Assembly (NCBI GenBank): GCA_964472845.1
Contig: CAYYND010000003.1
Location: forward strand, 1 to 43,897
Direction: 5' to 3'
Length of the DNA: 43,897 bases
Source: an uncultured Lachnospiraceae bacterium
Lineage (GTDB): Bacteria; Bacillota; Clostridia; Oscillospirales; CAG-272
Position numbers and translations under genes: made by a program. Every line of letters starts with the position of its first letter. Position 1 is the first letter of the stretch. Shown piece after piece: positions 35,555-43,897 of this stretch. The notes beneath the pieces were generated by a model. The model was not told the origin of the DNA and did no database searches. It worked only from the letters and a program-made list of their open reading frames with translations.

Positions 35555-35583
35555 ATTATAACTCAAATCGACATATTTTGCAA
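35555..35583 (-). promoter_or_regulatory. Candidate promoter of the membrane protein-SGNH-lipoprotein operon
   Basis: On the minus strand: TTGCAA (35578-35583), a 17-nt spacer, then TATAAT (35555-35560). Confidence 0.55.
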
Positions 35584-35731
35584 CACCCAAGAACAACTTT
35601 TTTATTAACTGTCTTACCGTTTTAATTGTACTCAAATTGAATAAAAGATCGGAAAGTTATCGTGACCGGTGATGTGTAATTAATATTATGCTGTAAAAAG
35701 TGAATATTTATAAGAAAACTTGCGTTATCTG

Positions 35732-35762
35732 TTGACTTTTTAAGGCTTTTTTTTTGTATAAT
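35732..35762 (+). promoter_or_regulatory. Candidate promoter of the nusB block
   Basis: TTGACT (35732-35737), a 19-nt spacer (longer than optimal), then TATAAT (35757-35762). Confidence 0.4.
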
Positions 35763-35804
35763 GTAAATTGTATATTTATGACTAATACCGAAAGGAATGT
35801 TAAA

Positions 35805-36227
35805 ATGGCAGGAATCATCAGAAAAGAAGCCAGGACCGCTGTCTATGAGCTTTTGTTTGAAACGGAATTCAGACATGATGAAGCTCCCGAGCAGATTTTC
35901 GATACGGCTGTCGAGGTAAGAGAGCTTCCGACCGACGACTATGTGAAAACCGTGTATTTCGGCGTGCTCGAAAACAAAGAGGCGATAGACGAGCTTATAG
36001 AAAAGTATTCCAAGGGATGGAAGATAGACCGTATATCAAGGGCGGCTCTTTGCGCTATGCGTATTTGTATCTATGAGATGCTTCATGTTAAAAATATTCC
36101 CGTCAATGTTTCGATAAACGAAGCGATCGAGCTGACGAAGGGTTACGACGAGGAGAAGACACGCGGATTTGTAAACGGTGTGCTCAACGGCGTAAAGGAT
36201 CATATTCTCGGCTCGGAGAACGGATAA
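35805..36227 (+). CDS. nusB: Transcription antitermination factor NusB
   Basis: About 140 aa from ATG 35805 (MAGIIRKEARTAVYELLFE...). NusB fold signature ...DRISRAALCAMRICIYEML...NEAIELTK. Confidence 0.85.
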   Translation: MAGIIRKEARTAVYELLFETEFRHDEAPEQIFDTAVEVRELPTDDYVKTVYFGVLENKEAIDELIEKYSKGWKIDRISRAALCAMRICIYEMLHVKNIPVNVSINEAIELTKGYDEEKTRGFVNGVLNGVKDHILGSENG

Positions 36228-36235
36228 GGTCCGAT

Positions 36236-37198
36236 ATGAAAAAATGCTTTGTCGGAATAGATACCAGCAACTATACGACCTCGCTTGCGGTCTGTGACGA
36301 AGACGGGGAGATCCTGCTTAACCTTCGCAAGCTCCTTTCTGTGAATGAAGGCGAGCGAGGTTTACGTCAAAGCGACGCGGTATTTGAACACGTTCGGAAT
36401 ATGCCTGTGCATACCGAAAAGGCAAGAGAACTGCTTTCAAACTGTGATGTATGTGCCGTAGCGTGTTCTTCAAAGCCGAGGGATGTCGCCGAGTCGTATA
36501 TGCCTTGCTTTCTTGCGGGCAAAAATACGGCTTATGCTATGGCAAGCGTCCTCGGAGTGCCGACGTATGAGTTCTCTCATCAGAACGGACATATTATGGC
36601 GGCGGCATATTCGTCGGGAAAACATACCGAGCTTTTGAAGTCGCCTTTCTGCGCTTTCCATATTTCGGGCGGTACTACCGAGATATTGCGTGTCACACCG
36701 ACTTTTGACAGCAGAATATTTACGGCTGAGCTTGTCGGCGGCACTAATGATCTTAACGCAGGTCAGGCAATAGACAGGACGGGAGTACTTATGGGTATTA
36801 AATTTCCGTGCGGTAAAGAAATGGAATTGCTTGCCGCCGAGTACTGCGGTAAGGTACCGTCTCCCAAGATAAGCGTTAAGGGGCTCAATTGCGATCTTTC
36901 TGGGCTCGAGAGCCTTGCGGCGAAACTTTACGGCGAAACTCGGGATAAACGACTTGTAAGTAAATTCGTGCTTGATTTTCTTTCGAGGACGTTTATAAAA
37001 ATGACCGAAAATCTTCTTGATACGTATCCCGATACACCGCTTCTTTATGCGGGCGGGGTGATGAGCAACAAATATTTGCAAGCGTGTATCGGCGAAAGAT
37101 TTAAGTCATCGTTTGCCACCCCGGAGTTTTCGGCTGACAATGCCTCCGGGATCGCGTTGCTTTGCAGGGAGAGATACATCCGCGGCGGTAATGCCTGA
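36236..37198 (+). CDS. Kae1/TsaD-family (glycoprotease, ASKHA fold) paralogue
   Basis: 320 aa. GIDTSNYTTS, HQNGH (HxxxH), SGGTTE, AGGVMSN and PEFSADNASGIA parallel the TsaD motifs. The remainder is divergent. Confidence 0.7.
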   Translation: MKKCFVGIDTSNYTTSLAVCDEDGEILLNLRKLLSVNEGERGLRQSDAVFEHVRNMPVHTEKARELLSNCDVCAVACSSKPRDVAESYMPCFLAGKNTAYAMASVLGVPTYEFSHQNGHIMAAAYSSGKHTELLKSPFCAFHISGGTTEILRVTPTFDSRIFTAELVGGTNDLNAGQAIDRTGVLMGIKFPCGKEMELLAAEYCGKVPSPKISVKGLNCDLSGLESLAAKLYGETRDKRLVSKFVLDFLSRTFIKMTENLLDTYPDTPLLYAGGVMSNKYLQACIGERFKSSFATPEFSADNASGIALLCRERYIRGGNA

Positions 37199-37240
37199 GT
37201 AGGATCTCAGCAACAATGTTAAGGAAAGAGTACAGGATAA

Positions 37241-38479
37241 ATGAACGGAGTATACAGGATCACACCGGAGAACGCCATAACGGTCACCGAGCTCAATTGG
37301 TATCTGAAGGAGCTGCTTGACAGTGACCCGATAGTGCGCCGTATATTCGTAAGGGGCGAGATCTCCAATTTTAAAAATCAATATTCCTCGGGGCATTTAT
37401 ATTTTTCTCTTAAGGATAACGAAGGTCTTGTGCGTACCGTGATGTTCCGCTCGAGCGCCGTAAAACTCGGATTTACGCCCGAAAACGGAATGAAGGTCAT
37501 AGTGGGTGGAAGAGTGTCTGTTTACGGAAAAGACGGACAGTATCAGCTCTACGCAGAAAGTATGATCCCTGACGGCGTGGGAGAGCTCTATCTTGCCTAC
37601 GAGCAGCTTAAAAAACGGCTTGAAGCGGAAGGATTGTTCGATGAAGCTCACAAAAAGCCTTTGCCGCGATTTCCTAAGACGGTCGGTATCGTGACCTCAC
37701 CAACGGGAGCGGCAATAAGGGATATATTGAATATACTGAAAAGAAGGTATCCGCTTGCGGATATCGTGCTCTATCCCGCACAGGTACAGGGAGAGGGAGC
37801 GTATGTCGGGCTTGTAAACGGTATAAGATATTTTAACCGAACGGCATCCGCAGATGTCATAATCATAGGCAGAGGCGGAGGATCTATCGAGGATCTGTGG
37901 GAATTTAACCGCGAGGAGCTTGCAAGGGAGATATATGCGAGCGAGATCCCCGTGATATCAGCGGTAGGACACGAGACGGATTTTACGATCTGCGATTTTG
38001 TGGCAGACAGACGGGCGCCGACCCCATCGGCTGCCGCCGAGCTTGCCGTTCCTGATCGTGCAGATCTCCGACAGGGCATAAAAAACACAGATGCGCGGCT
38101 TCGCGGCGCCGTAAGGACAAAGACCGATCGGCTTCGCGCGAAGGTGGAGCTTATATCGTCCTGCTATTCTATGCGCTCATTTGGCGATCTTATAAATTCA
38201 AAGCGTATGGATACGTTGAGACTCAGCGAAAAGCTGGATGATGCCGCCGCACAACGTGTTAAAAATGAAAGAAATCGGCTTGCTTGGCTTATCGGAAAGC
38301 TTGACGCGCTTGATCCATTGGCGGTGCTGTCAAGAGGATATGCCATAATCAGTACTTGCGACGGCAAGAAGGACATTTCTGACGTGTCTCGTCTTGACGT
38401 TGGTGAACGCATAAACATAAGGCTTCGGGACGGTCTCGCTGTCGCGGATGTAGTCAGCATTGAAACGGAGAATAAATGA
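37241..38479 (+). CDS. xseA: Exodeoxyribonuclease VII large subunit
   Basis: 412 aa. N-terminal OB fold (VRGEISNFK...GHLYFSLKD) and a catalytic region (IGRGGGSIEDLWEFN). Confidence 0.9.
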   Translation: MNGVYRITPENAITVTELNWYLKELLDSDPIVRRIFVRGEISNFKNQYSSGHLYFSLKDNEGLVRTVMFRSSAVKLGFTPENGMKVIVGGRVSVYGKDGQYQLYAESMIPDGVGELYLAYEQLKKRLEAEGLFDEAHKKPLPRFPKTVGIVTSPTGAAIRDILNILKRRYPLADIVLYPAQVQGEGAYVGLVNGIRYFNRTASADVIIIGRGGGSIEDLWEFNREELAREIYASEIPVISAVGHETDFTICDFVADRRAPTPSAAAELAVPDRADLRQGIKNTDARLRGAVRTKTDRLRAKVELISSCYSMRSFGDLINSKRMDTLRLSEKLDDAAAQRVKNERNRLAWLIGKLDALDPLAVLSRGYAIISTCDGKKDISDVSRLDVGERINIRLRDGLAVADVVSIETENK

Positions 38480-38506
38480 TCCGATGGATCGGAAACGGGT
38501 ATTGCT

Positions 38507-38728
38507 ATGAGTAATGAGAAGAAAACAAAAAGTGAAAAGCCGCTTACCTTTGAAGAGGCGAGCGCAAGGCTTGAAGAGATAGTAAAGCTCTTGGAGGATC
38601 AGAAGACAACGCTTGACGACTCACTTTCGCTTTACAGCGAAGGTGTTCAGCTTATCGGGATTTGCAACAAGAAGCTTGATGAGGCTGAACAGAAGATAAC
38701 CGTCATCGACAGCAAAGAGGGCATTTGA
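38507..38728 (+). CDS. xseB: Exodeoxyribonuclease VII small subunit
   Basis: 73 aa. LTFEEASARLEEIVKLLE... Immediately follows xseA. Confidence 0.9.
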   Translation: MSNEKKTKSEKPLTFEEASARLEEIVKLLEDQKTTLDDSLSLYSEGVQLIGICNKKLDEAEQKITVIDSKEGI

Positions 38729-38738
38729 ATTATCGATT

Positions 38739-39650
38739 ATGAATAAGAAAAAGAAAGCTATTTTAACTGAGCGTATAAAGATAAATCGGGGACGTACCGA
38801 GGAGTATCTGCGAGGCGTTTTTGCGGATCCTGACAGAGAGCCGTTGCTTTCTACGATATTTTCCGCTATGAATTACAGCCTTGAAGCCGGCGGAAAGAGG
38901 ATAAGACCTTTTTTGACGCTCGAGGTATGCGGGATGCTCGGAGGGGCAGAGTCGGTAGCGCTTCCGCTTGCATGTGCGGTGGAGATGATACACACTTATT
39001 CGCTTATACACGATGACCTGCCGTGTATGGATAATGACGATCTCAGAAGAGGAAAGCCGACGAATCATAAGGTCTACGGTGAGGCGGTCGCTACGTTGGC
39101 GGGCGACGGTCTGCTGACGCATGCCTTTGAGGTGGCATTGACGGCGGATATTCCTGCGCAGGACTTGATAAAGTGCGTAAGGATGATCTCGGAGGCTGCG
39201 GGTGCACGCGGTATGATAGGCGGTCAGATAATAGATATCGAGAGCGAGAATAAAAGTATAGATATTGAGGTCTTGCGCACTATGCACAGGCTCAAGACGG
39301 GGGCATTGATAAAGCTTTCTGCGACGCTCGGCTGTATTGCCGCAGGTTACGGCGATGAGTCGGCGGAATATAAAGCTGTTGAGGCATACTCGGAAAAGCT
39401 CGGCACGGTCTTTCAAATAGTTGACGATATACTCGATGTGACATCGGACGACAAGACACTCGGAAAGCGCGTGGGAAGTGACAGTAAGAACGGGAAAACG
39501 ACATTTCTTACTTTCTATACAGTCGAGGAAGCACAAAAGCTCGCAAGAGAGATGACGGATATGGCAATATCTGATATTTCCGAATATGATAAGAATACGG
39601 ACGGTGTGCTCAGCGCTTTTGCCGAATATTTATGCGAAAGATTAAATTGA
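38739..39650 (+). CDS. ispA: Farnesyl/geranyl diphosphate synthase (polyprenyl synthetase)
   Basis: 303 aa. First DDxxD region LIHDDLPCMDNDDLRRGKPTNH and second DDILD. Confidence 0.85.
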   Translation: MNKKKKAILTERIKINRGRTEEYLRGVFADPDREPLLSTIFSAMNYSLEAGGKRIRPFLTLEVCGMLGGAESVALPLACAVEMIHTYSLIHDDLPCMDNDDLRRGKPTNHKVYGEAVATLAGDGLLTHAFEVALTADIPAQDLIKCVRMISEAAGARGMIGGQIIDIESENKSIDIEVLRTMHRLKTGALIKLSATLGCIAAGYGDESAEYKAVEAYSEKLGTVFQIVDDILDVTSDDKTLGKRVGSDSKNGKTTFLTFYTVEEAQKLAREMTDMAISDISEYDKNTDGVLSAFAEYLCERLN

Positions 39651-39710
39651 CAGACGGAATATTCATGGAAACGGCGTATACCGATCTGCAAAGGAAAGGA
39701 TCCCTGTAAG

Positions 39711-40520
39711 ATGAGGGCAGATGTATATATCCATATCAACGGGTATGCCGACAGCCGTAAAAAGGCGCAGGTATTGATAGATCTTAAGGCGGTCTCGATC
39801 GACGGCAAGATCGTAAAGAAGCCGTCCGAAAACATCGATGACGGTCTGCCGCACAGCGTTGAGGTGTCATTTAAGGAAAAATATGTCGGCAGAGGCGGAC
39901 TTAAACTTGAAAAGGCTTTGGAGCTTTTCAATATATCCGTAAGAGGATGCCGATGTATAGACATAGGTGCATCGACGGGAGGATTTACCGACTGTCTGCT
40001 TCAGAACGGTGCCGAGAGTGTTTGCGCCGTTGATTCGGGCAGAGGACAGCTTCATCCGAGCCTTTTGAATGATCCGCGGGTGACTTCATACGAAGGTATG
40101 AACGCGCGAGATCTTTCGCTTGCGTACGTCGGCGGTGAACGGTTCGATATTGCCGTGATGGACGTATCCTTTATCTCCCAAACGTATATAATTCCGTGCG
40201 TGTCCGGCGGAATATTGCGAGTCGGCGGTATATTCGTCTCCCTTATCAAGCCCCAATTCGAGGCAGGAAGGGCGGCACTTGATAAACACGGGGTCGTCAA
40301 AAAGCCGTCTGACAGGTATTCGGCGGCGATCCGCGTGGCCGAATCGGCATACGCAAACGGCTTTGAACTGTTGGATATGACAGACTCTCCCATAAAAGGC
40401 GGAGACGGCAACACGGAGTACCTTGCGGCTTTTTCACTTACGGGTAATATGGGCTCCGAGATCCCCGCGGAGGTGCTTTCAAAGATAAAGCAGATCACTT
40501 TTTCGCAGAGAAGCATATAA
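39711..40520 (+). CDS. tlyA: TlyA-family rRNA 2'-O-methyltransferase
   Basis: 269 aa. N-terminal S4 domain and an FtsJ-like SAM motif (CIDIGASTGGFTD). Confidence 0.85.
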   Translation: MRADVYIHINGYADSRKKAQVLIDLKAVSIDGKIVKKPSENIDDGLPHSVEVSFKEKYVGRGGLKLEKALELFNISVRGCRCIDIGASTGGFTDCLLQNGAESVCAVDSGRGQLHPSLLNDPRVTSYEGMNARDLSLAYVGGERFDIAVMDVSFISQTYIIPCVSGGILRVGGIFVSLIKPQFEAGRAALDKHGVVKKPSDRYSAAIRVAESAYANGFELLDMTDSPIKGGDGNTEYLAAFSLTGNMGSEIPAEVLSKIKQITFSQRSI

Positions 40521-40549
40521 CTTACAATAACAGAAAGAAGAGTATCAAT

Positions 40550-41428
40550 ATGATAAGATTTGCCTTGATAACAAATTTTAACATTCCGGAAAAAGCAAAC
40601 GCCGCGATGACGGTCGTTGAAAAATTGAATCAGCTCGGAGAATGTGAGATAGTTCTTTCGGTGTATAACAGAGAGAAGATCGCAAAGCTTCGTAATTTCA
40701 GCGAGCGCGTTACCTATGTTTCGGCGGATCAGCTTTACAAGCAGGCAGATATCATAATTGTACTCGGAGGAGACGGAACGATACTTGAGAGTGCAAGACG
40801 CGCGGCTCCTTGCTCAAAGCCGATACTCGGATTTAATCTCGGCAGGCTCGGTTATATGGCGGAGCTCGATATGAGCGAGACGGATAAGCTCGCCGCCCTT
40901 TTCAGTGGGGAGTATGTCTTCGAGGAAAGATCAATGCTTTCGGTCGAGATAATGGGTGCTTCGGGTAAGCAAAGATTTGCGGCACACGCTCTGAACGAGG
41001 CGGTAATATCGAACGGATCGGTGGCAAGGATAGTTGATCTGGATCTTTATCTTGACGGAAAGCTTATGAATAATTATCGTGCCGACGGTCTTATCGTTTC
41101 AACCCCTACGGGTTCAACGGCGTATTCGATGTCGGCGGGAGGTCCCGTTATAGATCCTCGGCTGAAATGCTTTTGTGTGACGCCAATAAGTTCCCATTCG
41201 CTTCTTGCACGTCCTGTTGTATTGCCCGACGACCGCGAAGTGTGCATCAAAAATACAAGCAGAAGGGAAAGATCGCTCTTTTTAACTCTCGACGGTAAGA
41301 CGAATTGCGAGATATACTTCGGAGATATTGTAAAGATAACAAAATCCGATTACACGACTAAGCTGATAAGAATAAAGGAACAGATGTTTTACCGCACTCT
41401 GAGACAAAAGATGCGTGAATATAACTGA
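40550..41428 (+). CDS. nadK: NAD kinase
   Basis: 292 aa. GGDGT motif (IIIVLGGDGTILE) and the NE...SN / TPTGSTAYS motifs. Confidence 0.9.
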   Translation: MIRFALITNFNIPEKANAAMTVVEKLNQLGECEIVLSVYNREKIAKLRNFSERVTYVSADQLYKQADIIIVLGGDGTILESARRAAPCSKPILGFNLGRLGYMAELDMSETDKLAALFSGEYVFEERSMLSVEIMGASGKQRFAAHALNEAVISNGSVARIVDLDLYLDGKLMNNYRADGLIVSTPTGSTAYSMSAGGPVIDPRLKCFCVTPISSHSLLARPVVLPDDREVCIKNTSRRERSLFLTLDGKTNCEIYFGDIVKITKSDYTTKLIRIKEQMFYRTLRQKMREYN

Positions 41429-41468
41429 CAATTTACAACCGATATCAAAAAGCAGATGTATATAAATA

Positions 41469-41924
41469 ATGAAATCAAAAAGACAGGAAAAGATCGTCGA
41501 ATTGATAGTGAACAATACCATAGAAACTCAGGACGAGCTGATCGAGCGACTTGCCGCGCAGGGCTTTAGTGTGACTCAAGCGACGGTCTCAAGAGATATC
41601 AGAGACTTGAAGATATCAAAGGTACCTACGGGAAACGGAACGTATAAATACGTTCTTACAAAACACGAAGATATCTCGTTTAATTTGCGTCTCAATGCAA
41701 CTCTGACTGCGTCTATCAAGCGTATAGAAAGCGCAAACAATCTTGTTGTTTTCCATACCTTGCCCGGACTTGCCTCGGCGATAGCGGCGGGAGTTGACAG
41801 TATGGATATTCCCTCATACCTTGGATGCGTTGCGGGAGACGATACGATATTGCTCATTTTTAAAGACAATGCGACGGCTTTTGAGTTCGGAGAAGAATTC
41901 AAAAGCTATGCAGGCTTGAATTAA
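41469..41924 (+). CDS. argR: Arginine repressor
   Basis: 151 aa. Winged helix (QDELIERLAAQGFSVTQATVSRDIRDL) and a C-terminal oligomerisation domain (GCVAGDDTILLIF). Confidence 0.9.
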   Translation: MKSKRQEKIVELIVNNTIETQDELIERLAAQGFSVTQATVSRDIRDLKISKVPTGNGTYKYVLTKHEDISFNLRLNATLTASIKRIESANNLVVFHTLPGLASAIAAGVDSMDIPSYLGCVAGDDTILLIFKDNATAFEFGEEFKSYAGLN

Positions 41925-41949
41925 GATATTTTTGATCGAGAGGCAGTGT

Positions 41950-43626
41950 ATGTTAAGATCGCTTCATATTGAAAATATCGCCGTTATAAGCGGTATAGAC
42001 ATTGATTTTGAGTCGGGCTTTTCTGTTTTGACGGGAGAGACCGGCGCAGGCAAATCGATAATCATCGATAGCATAAATATGTTGCTCGGTAACAAGATAT
42101 CAAAGGATCTCATACGGAACGGGGAGATGAGAGCCCTTGTTTCGGGAGTGTTCGAAGATCTTAATAAACAATCCGTTGATGCGATAAAAGAGCTTGGCTT
42201 TGACATAGAAGACGGCTCGGTGATGCTGCAACGCACCGTGTCAAGGGACGGAAGGTCAAGCGCTAAGGTCAACGGGCAGACGGTCACTCAATCGCTTATG
42301 CGCGAGATATCTCAGTTGCTTATAAATATTCACGGACAGAACGACAATCAACGCCTTCTGCAAAAGGCTCATCATACAGAGATACTTGATTCCTATGCAG
42401 AGTGTGGGGATATGCTTTCGGAATATTCGGAGGTATACTCGTCACTTACCAATGCGTCAAGAGAGCTTGAAAAGCTGAATGTTGATGAGGCGGGAAGACT
42501 GCGACGCATTGAAATGCTGAAATTTTGGATATCGGACATAAAGTCCGTTTCTCCGAGGATCGGAGAGGAAGAGCGGCTTGAGGCTGAAAAGAAAAAGCTT
42601 TTGAGCATTGAGAAAATCAATAAACAAACGGCTTTTTCCTATAAAGTACTTTACGGTAACGAGAAAGGCGCATCCGTTCACTATATGCTTGAAAGGGTTG
42701 CGCAGTCTCTGTCATCCATCTCGGATGCCGTTCCGGAATTTGAATCGCTTTCCGAGCGCGTGAATGAAATAAAATACGAGATCGCGGATATAGCCGAGAA
42801 TGTGCGTGCTTACGAGGACGACAGCAATGCCGATTCAACCGAAAGGATCAATAAGATCGAGGCACGACTTGATGCAATATCAAAGCTTAAAAAGAAATAC
42901 GGCTCGACGGTGGAGGATGTTTTGTCCTTTGCAAAAAGGTCATCACAGGAGCTTTCGGAACTTGAAAACAGCGATGAAAAGACCGAGGAGCTCGAAAAGC
43001 GCATCTCGGAGCTTCGCACCAAGGCAGAGAAAAGCGCGGAACGCCTTCACAAGGCAAGGGAACTTGCGGCATTTGAGCTTGAGCGAAGAATAATGGACGA
43101 GCTGGTTTTTCTTGATATGTCAAAGGTCAGATTTAAAGCGGATGTCAAAAGGACGGGAGAGCTTACACGGAACGGATGTGACAGCATAGAGTTTCTTATT
43201 GCTACTAATAAGGGAGACAAGCTTATGCCGCTCATTTCGATCGCCTCGGGAGGCGAGCTTTCAAGAATAACCTTGGCTATCAAGAGCGTGCTTGCCGATA
43301 AAGACGGCGTGGATACACTGATATTTGACGAGATAGATACGGGTATATCGGGTAAGACATCAAGAAAGGTCGGCATAAAGCTAAAAGAAACCGCCACGCG
43401 TGTTCAGGTGATATGTATTACACACTCGGCGCAGATAGCGTCACTGTCGGATGCGCATTATCTCATATCCAAATCGGACACCGAAAGCGCAACAGAAACC
43501 TCCGTGCGCCTGCTTGACAAGGATGGAAGGATCGAGGAGATCGCACGTATACTCGGCGGCATAAATATAACCGATGCTCAGCGAAGCGCGGCATCGGAGA
43601 TGATTGCCGAGGGCGAAAAATATTAA
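41950..43626 (+). CDS. recN: DNA repair protein RecN
   Basis: About 558 aa from ATG 41950 (MLRSLHIENIAVI). Walker A GETGAGKS, a coiled-coil centre, the signature SGGELSR, and Walker B LIFDEIDTG. Confidence 0.9.
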   Translation: MLRSLHIENIAVISGIDIDFESGFSVLTGETGAGKSIIIDSINMLLGNKISKDLIRNGEMRALVSGVFEDLNKQSVDAIKELGFDIEDGSVMLQRTVSRDGRSSAKVNGQTVTQSLMREISQLLINIHGQNDNQRLLQKAHHTEILDSYAECGDMLSEYSEVYSSLTNASRELEKLNVDEAGRLRRIEMLKFWISDIKSVSPRIGEEERLEAEKKKLLSIEKINKQTAFSYKVLYGNEKGASVHYMLERVAQSLSSISDAVPEFESLSERVNEIKYEIADIAENVRAYEDDSNADSTERINKIEARLDAISKLKKKYGSTVEDVLSFAKRSSQELSELENSDEKTEELEKRISELRTKAEKSAERLHKARELAAFELERRIMDELVFLDMSKVRFKADVKRTGELTRNGCDSIEFLIATNKGDKLMPLISIASGGELSRITLAIKSVLADKDGVDTLIFDEIDTGISGKTSRKVGIKLKETATRVQVICITHSAQIASLSDAHYLISKSDTESATETSVRLLDKDGRIEEIARILGGINITDAQRSAASEMIAEGEKY

Positions 43627-43668
43627 CTGTCAGATAAAATACGTAAACAGATAAGAAAGGACATAAAT

Positions 43669-43897
43669 ATGATCAAGATCAAACAGGCGATCGCGGAAAA
43701 GATCGCCGACATAATTAAAAAGCAGTATCCGGATGCAACGGTCGAAACGAGTGATATCGTGGCATCGTTCGAATATCCTCCGGAGCCGACGATGGGAGAT
43801 ATTTCGCTGCCTTGCTTTAAATTCAGTAAAGTGCTTCGCCGTTCTCCTGTTCAGATCGCGGCATCCATCAGCTCTGAGCTTGAGGGCGGGCCGATCG
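43669..43897 (+). CDS. argS: Arginine-tRNA ligase, N-terminal fragment (runs off the window)
   Basis: My manual translation is MIKIKQAIAEKIADIIKKQYPDATVETSDIVASFEYPPEPTMGDISLPCFKFSKVLRRSPVQIAASI... This resembles the ArgRS N-terminal additional domain. The ORF is open to the window end. Confidence 0.75.
   Translation, partial: MIKIKQAIAEKIADIIKKQYPDATVETSDIVASFEYPPEPTMGDISLPCFKFSKVLRRSPVQIAASISSELEGGPI

Noticed and set aside
39651-39710. Absence of dxs between ispA and tlyA, and of folD after nusB, relative to Bacillus synteny.
   Set aside because: This is ordinary lineage-specific synteny variation. There are no scars, repeats or pseudogene remnants at the junctions.
43627-43668. A possible T-box leader upstream of argS.
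   Set aside because: The spacer is only 42 nt, far too short for a T-box riboswitch.
1-43897. Window-wide scan for CRISPR arrays, rRNA/tRNA genes, transposases, integrases, phage genes and classical defence genes.
   Set aside because: I saw no spaced direct repeats, no structured-RNA signatures and no recombinase, nuclease or helicase ORFs of those types. The only tandem repeats are the coding 33-bp units at 27841-28008 and short intergenic repeats.

Overview
This 43.9-kb window has moderate GC and no rRNA, tRNA, CRISPR array or recognisable mobile element. Gene content and synteny look like an anaerobic Firmicute of the Clostridia, probably Oscillospiraceae/Ruminococcus-like; that placement is inference only.

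Layout:
- 1-2 kb: end of the ribosomal alpha operon (rpsD'-rpoA-rplQ).
- 2.1-3.8 kb: fhs.
- 3.9-12.6 kb: a seven-gene pyrimidine operon, pyrC-carB-pyrK-pyrD-pyrF-pyrE-pyrB. It lacks carA and pyrR. Its PyrB carries a C-terminal PyrI-type zinc domain.
- 12.6-14.2 kb: a glycerophosphodiesterase and an HD hydrolase.
- 14.4-24.4 kb, minus strand: a tightly packed nine-gene block, rex-adhE-APH-fold kinase-two thioredoxin-like [2Fe-2S] ferredoxins-hydS-SpoIIE/PP2C phosphatase-hydA2-ldh. hydS is a PAS-containing sensory [FeFe]-hydrogenase. I consider this the most interesting system here: a putative combined NADH- and H2-sensing electron-sink switch whose signalling output is not encoded in any obvious way. 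A phased ATCGAT array and a Rex-like box lie upstream.
- 24.5-35.5 kb: accessory genes. These are a LysR regulator; an XRE-HTH/membrane protein split at an A7 run; an SH3b lipoprotein with 33-bp coding repeats; an HTH-TPR regulator coupled to a Cys-motif lipoprotein and a GNAT-cyclase fusion; nagB; a TIM-barrel isomerase; maa; and an envelope trio.
- 35.8-43.9 kb: the conserved nusB-(Kae1-like)-xseA-xseB-ispA-tlyA-nadK-argR-recN-argS' block.

All calls come from reading the translated ORFs and the DNA by eye. No database search was possible.
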